From an uncultured Colwellia sp. (GTDB taxonomy: Bacteria > Pseudomonadota > Gammaproteobacteria > Enterobacterales > Alteromonadaceae), in NCBI GenBank assembly GCA_965305135.1, contig CBDLPA010000017.1, forward strand, positions 7,620 through 71,619: a stretch of 64,000 nucleotides of DNA, in the 5' to 3' direction. How positions within the stretch are numbered: the first letter of the stretch is position 1; each line of letters opens with the position of its first letter. The notes below the pieces were generated by a model. It was given only the letters and a program-made list of their open reading frames with translations. It was not told the DNA's origin and searched no databases. Below, piece by piece: positions 60,012-64,000 of this stretch. Made by a program: the position numbers and the translations under genes.

Positions 60012-60435
60012 TTGAGTTACCTTTAAATAACTAAAAATATTTATTGTCTTGATTCAATATACATTATTTGAACCAATTTACCTAAAACAACGCAAATAAG
60101 TACTATAGACATAAAACTAGTGAGAAGGTAAAAATGGTAGAGCTAAACGATAAATATCGCTTAACCCTGTTATAATCTAGGATTAAAATACACTAGCCAT
60201 GGGTATGTCTCTCTTTAAGGACTTTGATTATCATGTACTGCTTGGGTTACAGAAATACATACCAACCTTTGTGCTAAAATTTATTAAAATTAGTTCAATT
60301 CATGGCTCAAGATAAATCAAAATTGTTGACGTATATGCAATTTATCTTTGTACAAGATACCTTTTTAATTTTATAAAACCTTTTATCTCAAAGTTTAATT
60401 AACAAAGATAAATAGCTAATAGTAGGTATAAATAA

Positions 60436-61440
60436 ATGTTATCACTCTATCCAGCCATAGAGCCTTTTAATCATTATCATTTAAACGTGACGAATGATGC
60501 CACTGCAAGTGAAGAACCTGCGGGAAAACATCAAATTTACATTGAACAATGTGGAAATCCCTTAGGAATTCCTGTGGTGTTTTTGCATGGTGGTCCTGGT
60601 TCAGGTTGTCAACCAAAGCACCGGTGTTATTTTGATCCTGCGCTGTATCATATCATTTTATTTGATCAACGAGGCTGCGGACGTTCTCGTCCTTATGGCT
60701 CTTTAGCGCAAAATACAACCGCACACATTATTGACGATATGGAGTTAATACGACAACATATTGGTATTGACAAGTGGTTAGTCTTTGGAGGGTCTTGGGG
60801 GGCAACATTAGCTTTATGTTATGCACATCAATTTCCTGAGCAGGTATCTGGCTTATTATTACGTGGAGTATTTCTTGCCCGTAAACAAGATATTGATTGG
60901 GTTTATAGCGAAAATGGCGCAGCAAAAATTTTTCCTGAAGCTTGGAGTCACCTAGTTGCCGATTTACCTTGTTTACAACAAGCTCAGCCCCTAGCTGAAG
61001 TCTACCAACAACTTACTAGTGGTGATACTAAGTTATCAAACACTATATTTAATAAATTACAATACTGGGAAGCAAGTCTTATCTATTGGCAGGAGCTAGT
61101 TAGCATAGAAGAGTTTAACTTAGCGCAAACCAATGTGAAACAGTTAGCAACAACGGTACAAGACAAAATCCCTGCTATTATTCAGCTCCATTATTCAATG
61201 AATGAATGCTTTATAGCAACAACACCTCTGCTTGAGTGTATCTATAATATTCGACATATACCAACAACAATCATTCATGGTCGCTACGATATGGTGTGTC
61301 CTCTTGAACAAGCATGGCAATTAAAAAAACATTGGCCTGAAGCCCAATTATTAATTATTGAGATGGCCGGACATGTTGCCGATGAACCTAAAATCACTGA
61401 TGCGTTAATAAAGGCAACAAACGCTTTTGCAAAACGTTAG
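60436..61440 (+). CDS. pip: Proline iminopeptidase
   Basis: LHGGPGSG, FDQRGCGRSRP, FGGSWGATL, GRYDMVCP, AGH. Confidence 0.93.
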   Translation: MLSLYPAIEPFNHYHLNVTNDATASEEPAGKHQIYIEQCGNPLGIPVVFLHGGPGSGCQPKHRCYFDPALYHIILFDQRGCGRSRPYGSLAQNTTAHIIDDMELIRQHIGIDKWLVFGGSWGATLALCYAHQFPEQVSGLLLRGVFLARKQDIDWVYSENGAAKIFPEAWSHLVADLPCLQQAQPLAEVYQQLTSGDTKLSNTIFNKLQYWEASLIYWQELVSIEEFNLAQTNVKQLATTVQDKIPAIIQLHYSMNECFIATTPLLECIYNIRHIPTTIIHGRYDMVCPLEQAWQLKKHWPEAQLLIIEMAGHVADEPKITDALIKATNAFAKR

Positions 61441-61722
61441 TAAACAATATTAAACAGCCATATCAATAAGTTATATTATTTACAGGAGATATTTTTAGTA
61501 ATCAGTGTTTTTCTAGTGCTCGCCGCATCATTTAATAAGTAGCCTCTAAATACCTAAAAATTGAGTTTCCCTAATAGTCTTATTGCTAAGGGGGCCTGAA
61601 GACCCCTCTATTTCCACCTAAAGTATAATGTTTAATAAATAAGATTTAAATATAGTAAAAGGGTACTTGTTAAAAAATAAGTAATACTAGAATCACTACT
61701 ATTAATCAGCGAGGAATACCTT

Positions 61723-61794
61723 ATGTGGATCAAACCAAACTTTGAAGAAATGCGTTTAGGATTTGAAGTAACGTTATACATCAGTAATCGTTAA
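61723..61794 (+). CDS. pqqA: PQQ precursor peptide (23 aa, MWIKPNFEEMRLGFEVTLYISNR), missed by the ORF track
   Basis: GAGGA RBS, W-x-KP and GFEVTLY (E-x3-Y) PqqA signature, directly upstream of pqqB. Confidence 0.96.
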   Translation: MWIKPNFEEMRLGFEVTLYISNR

Positions 61795-61830
61795 TTTTTG
61801 AAAAAAAATCAGAATAAATTAATAAGAATA

Positions 61831-61872
61831 AATTACCTCAGTTATTACAAATTTTTAAATACTGAGGTAATT
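61831..61872 (+). terminator. Stem-loop between pqqA and pqqB
   Basis: AATTACCTCAGT-N18-ACTGAGGTAATT perfect 12-bp stem. Confidence 0.75.
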
Positions 61873-61925
61873 AGTTACAGCTCATTAATTTCCTACTTTC
61901 CCTTTGTCTTGATCTCGAGGCACAT

Positions 61926-62843
61926 ATGAAGATTTTAGTTCTAGGCTCAGCTGCAGGTGGTGGATTTCCTCAATGGAATTGTCACTGTGCAAACTGTAAA
62001 GGTTTACGTGACGGTACTATTAAAGCAACAGCACGTACTCAATCATCTATTGCCGTTAGCTCAAATGGAAAAGACTGGGTATTAATCAATGCCTCTCCCG
62101 ATATTCGTGAACAAATAAATAAATCGGCACAACTTTGGCCCGAGCAAGAGAGTCGCGGTACTAATATTCGTGCGGCAATTTTAACTGACAGCCAGATAGA
62201 TCACACCACAGGGCTATTAACCCTACGTGAAGGACTGCCGCTTGATGTGTATTGCAGTGACGTTGTCTATGAAGATTTATCAACGGTTTTTCCCTTATTC
62301 AATTTGCTAGAACACTGGCACGGCGGACTGAACTTTAACAAAATTGATACCGAACAACGACAAGAATTTAGCGTGAAGGGAGTTGATGGTATCGGATTTG
62401 TCCCTGTTATTATTGAATCTAATGCCCCTCCCTATTCACGTTATCGCGATAAAGTAGTCGCAGGTAATAATATCGGTTTAAAAATAATAGATAAAAGTAC
62501 GGGTAAGTATTTATTTTATTTACCAGGCATTGTTGAAAGCACGCTAGAAGTAGAACGCATATTATCTGAAGCAAGTTGTGTACTTATTGACGGTACCTTA
62601 TGGTTAGACGATGAAATGATTACTCAAGGTGTTGGCACTAAATTAGGCTCAGAAATGGGGCATATGCCAGTCAATGGTGACTATGGTACAGTCGCGCTAT
62701 TGAATAAATTTACGATTGATAGAAAAATTCTCATACACATCAATAACACTAACCCTATTTTAAATGAAGAGTCTCCTCAACATCAATTTGTTTTAGACAA
62801 TGGTGTAGAGATTGCCACCGATGGCATGGAAATAACAATTTAA
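61926..62843 (+). CDS. pqqB: PQQ biosynthesis protein B
   Basis: [15 protein letters not shown]-x-C-x-[33 protein letters not shown]. Confidence 0.97.
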   Translation: MKILVLGSAAGGGFPQWNCHCANCKGLRDGTIKATARTQSSIAVSSNGKDWVLINASPDIREQINKSAQLWPEQESRGTNIRAAILTDSQIDHTTGLLTLREGLPLDVYCSDVVYEDLSTVFPLFNLLEHWHGGLNFNKIDTEQRQEFSVKGVDGIGFVPVIIESNAPPYSRYRDKVVAGNNIGLKIIDKSTGKYLFYLPGIVESTLEVERILSEASCVLIDGTLWLDDEMITQGVGTKLGSEMGHMPVNGDYGTVALLNKFTIDRKILIHINNTNPILNEESPQHQFVLDNGVEIATDGMEITI

Positions 62844-62866
62844 TATCAATTATAGGATGCATTTTT

Positions 62867-63634
62867 ATGCAAGCTTGGACTAGAGAACAGTTTGAACAAA
62901 AACTTAAAGACAAAGGTCAGCTATACCATATCCATCACCCTTTCCACATTGCAATGCATCAAGGTGAATGTAGTAAAGAAGAAATTCGAGGTTGGGTTGC
63001 AAATCGCTTTTATTACCAACTGAATATACCAATTAAAGACGCCGCCATAATGGCTAATTGTCGTGATATGGAGACTAGGCGTTTGTGGGTTCAACGTATT
63101 TTAGATCACGATGGCTGTGTTGGTGATGAAACATTAGGTGGTATTGAAGCTTGGTTACGTTTAGGTGAAGCGGTCGGTTTAGATAGACAAGATTTATTAG
63201 ATGAAAAGTTTGTACTTCCTGGTGTCCGTTTTGCGGTAGACGCTTATGTTAACTTTGCTCGCAGAGCTAACTGGCAGCAAGCAGCTTGTTCATCGTTAAC
63301 CGAAATGTTTGCACCTGAAATACACCAAAGCCGTCTTGATAGTTGGCCACAAAATTATCCGTGGATAAAGCCTGAAGGATTGAGTTACTTTCAAATGCGT
63401 TTGTCTCAAGCGCGTCGTGATGTAAACCATGGTTTAGAAATAACATTAAATCATTTTACTAGCCAGCAAGCACAAGAAGAAGCGTTAAATATTTTGCAGT
63501 TTAAGCTAGATATTTTATGGAGCATGTTAGATTCAATGACCCTAGCTTATCAACAAGGTAGAGCTCCTTATCAGACGATATTAGGTCAAAGCGTTGTTAA
63601 TAATCCTATTTACCATAAAGGAGTATTCAAGTGA
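62867..63634 (+). CDS. pqqC: PQQ synthase
   Basis: [46 protein letters not shown]. Confidence 0.97.
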   Translation: MQAWTREQFEQKLKDKGQLYHIHHPFHIAMHQGECSKEEIRGWVANRFYYQLNIPIKDAAIMANCRDMETRRLWVQRILDHDGCVGDETLGGIEAWLRLGEAVGLDRQDLLDEKFVLPGVRFAVDAYVNFARRANWQQAACSSLTEMFAPEIHQSRLDSWPQNYPWIKPEGLSYFQMRLSQARRDVNHGLEITLNHFTSQQAQEEALNILQFKLDILWSMLDSMTLAYQQGRAPYQTILGQSVVNNPIYHKGVFK

Positions 63635-63927
63635 TGACAGCAATAACTTCAAAAAAAATTAGCCCCACAATGATACCCTCACTTAACCCTTTGTTTCGCT
63701 TTCAATGGGAAAAAGCGCAAGATTGCTTTGTATTATTATTTCCAGAAGGTATGGTTAAACTCAATGGTGGTGCAGGTGAAATTATGCAACTTATTGATGG
63801 TAAACAAAGCGTACAAAAAATTATTGACACACTGCATAGTAAATTTCCTGACGCTGCTGATTTGGCGCCAGATGTAAATGAATTTATCGCTAACGCTATT
63901 GAAAAAAAGTGGATTTATCATGACTAA
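63631..63927 (+). CDS. pqqD: PqqA-binding chaperone (RRE)
   Basis: [24 protein letters not shown] motif. Confidence 0.95.
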   Translation: MMTAITSKKISPTMIPSLNPLFRFQWEKAQDCFVLLFPEGMVKLNGGAGEIMQLIDGKQSVQKIIDTLHSKFPDAADLAPDVNEFIANAIEKKWIYHD

Positions 63928-64000
63928 TCCATCAGTGATCGACAAAAAAAAACAAAATCCACCCGCTATTGTTGGGCCACCGCTTTGGTTACTCGCAGAA
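63920..64000 (+). CDS. pqqE: PqqE radical SAM enzyme, N-terminus only (truncated by the window edge)
   Basis: ATG overlapping the pqqD end; reads [27 protein letters not shown], with the PqqE-typical PPLWLLAE. Confidence 0.9.
   Translation, partial: MTNPSVIDKKKQNPPAIVGPPLWLLAE

Noticed and set aside
1954-63945. The many short (60-115 aa) ORFs in the track that overlap or lie antisense to long genes (e.g. 1954-2175, 10747-11055, 14328-14579, 26652-27060, 35995-36249, 44704-44895, 63736-63945)
   Set aside because: They lie within well-supported CDSs, lack RBSs and recognisable motifs, and are best explained as shadow ORFs.
1-64000. tRNA/rRNA genes, integrase or intact transposase
   Set aside because: No GC-rich structured RNA signatures or DDE/tyrosine-recombinase ORFs were seen.

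Overview
AT-rich (roughly mid-30s % GC by eye) marine Gammaproteobacterium, probably Colwelliaceae/Alteromonadales (inferred from LipA, Pgi and Pqq protein style; not verified). The window is almost all nutrient-acquisition modules. (1) 0-11.5 kb: a sigma54/AcoR-type TPP-dependent acetoin-like dehydrogenase cluster with a split E2 and an LplA-like ligase, then a porin and a TonB receptor-lipA unit on divergent sigma54 promoters. (2) 11.8-19.1 kb: an AraC-controlled TBDR / S28 peptidase / amidohydrolase / cyclophilin locus, possibly for proline-rich peptide use. (3) 19.3-27.7 kb: a Bacteroidetes hmu-like operon (TBDR, HmuY-like, ExbB-like, DUF2149, exported CobN-like protein). (4) 27.9-48.7 kb: a Bacteroides-type fructan PUL with a true SusC/SusD pair, two GH32s, two MFS transporters, fructokinase and a duplicated pgi/LacI block, carrying about 10 copies of the palindrome ACAACGTTGT. 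(5) 49.5-57.4 kb: a sucrose phosphorylase/TBDR locus with its own operator CTTAATCGATTAAG. (6) 57.7-64 kb: housekeeping-type genes and pqqABCD(E), including a 23-aa pqqA missed by the ORF track. No rRNA, tRNA, CRISPR array or intact transposase was seen. One MITE-like element and clusters of short palindromes lie in the spacers.
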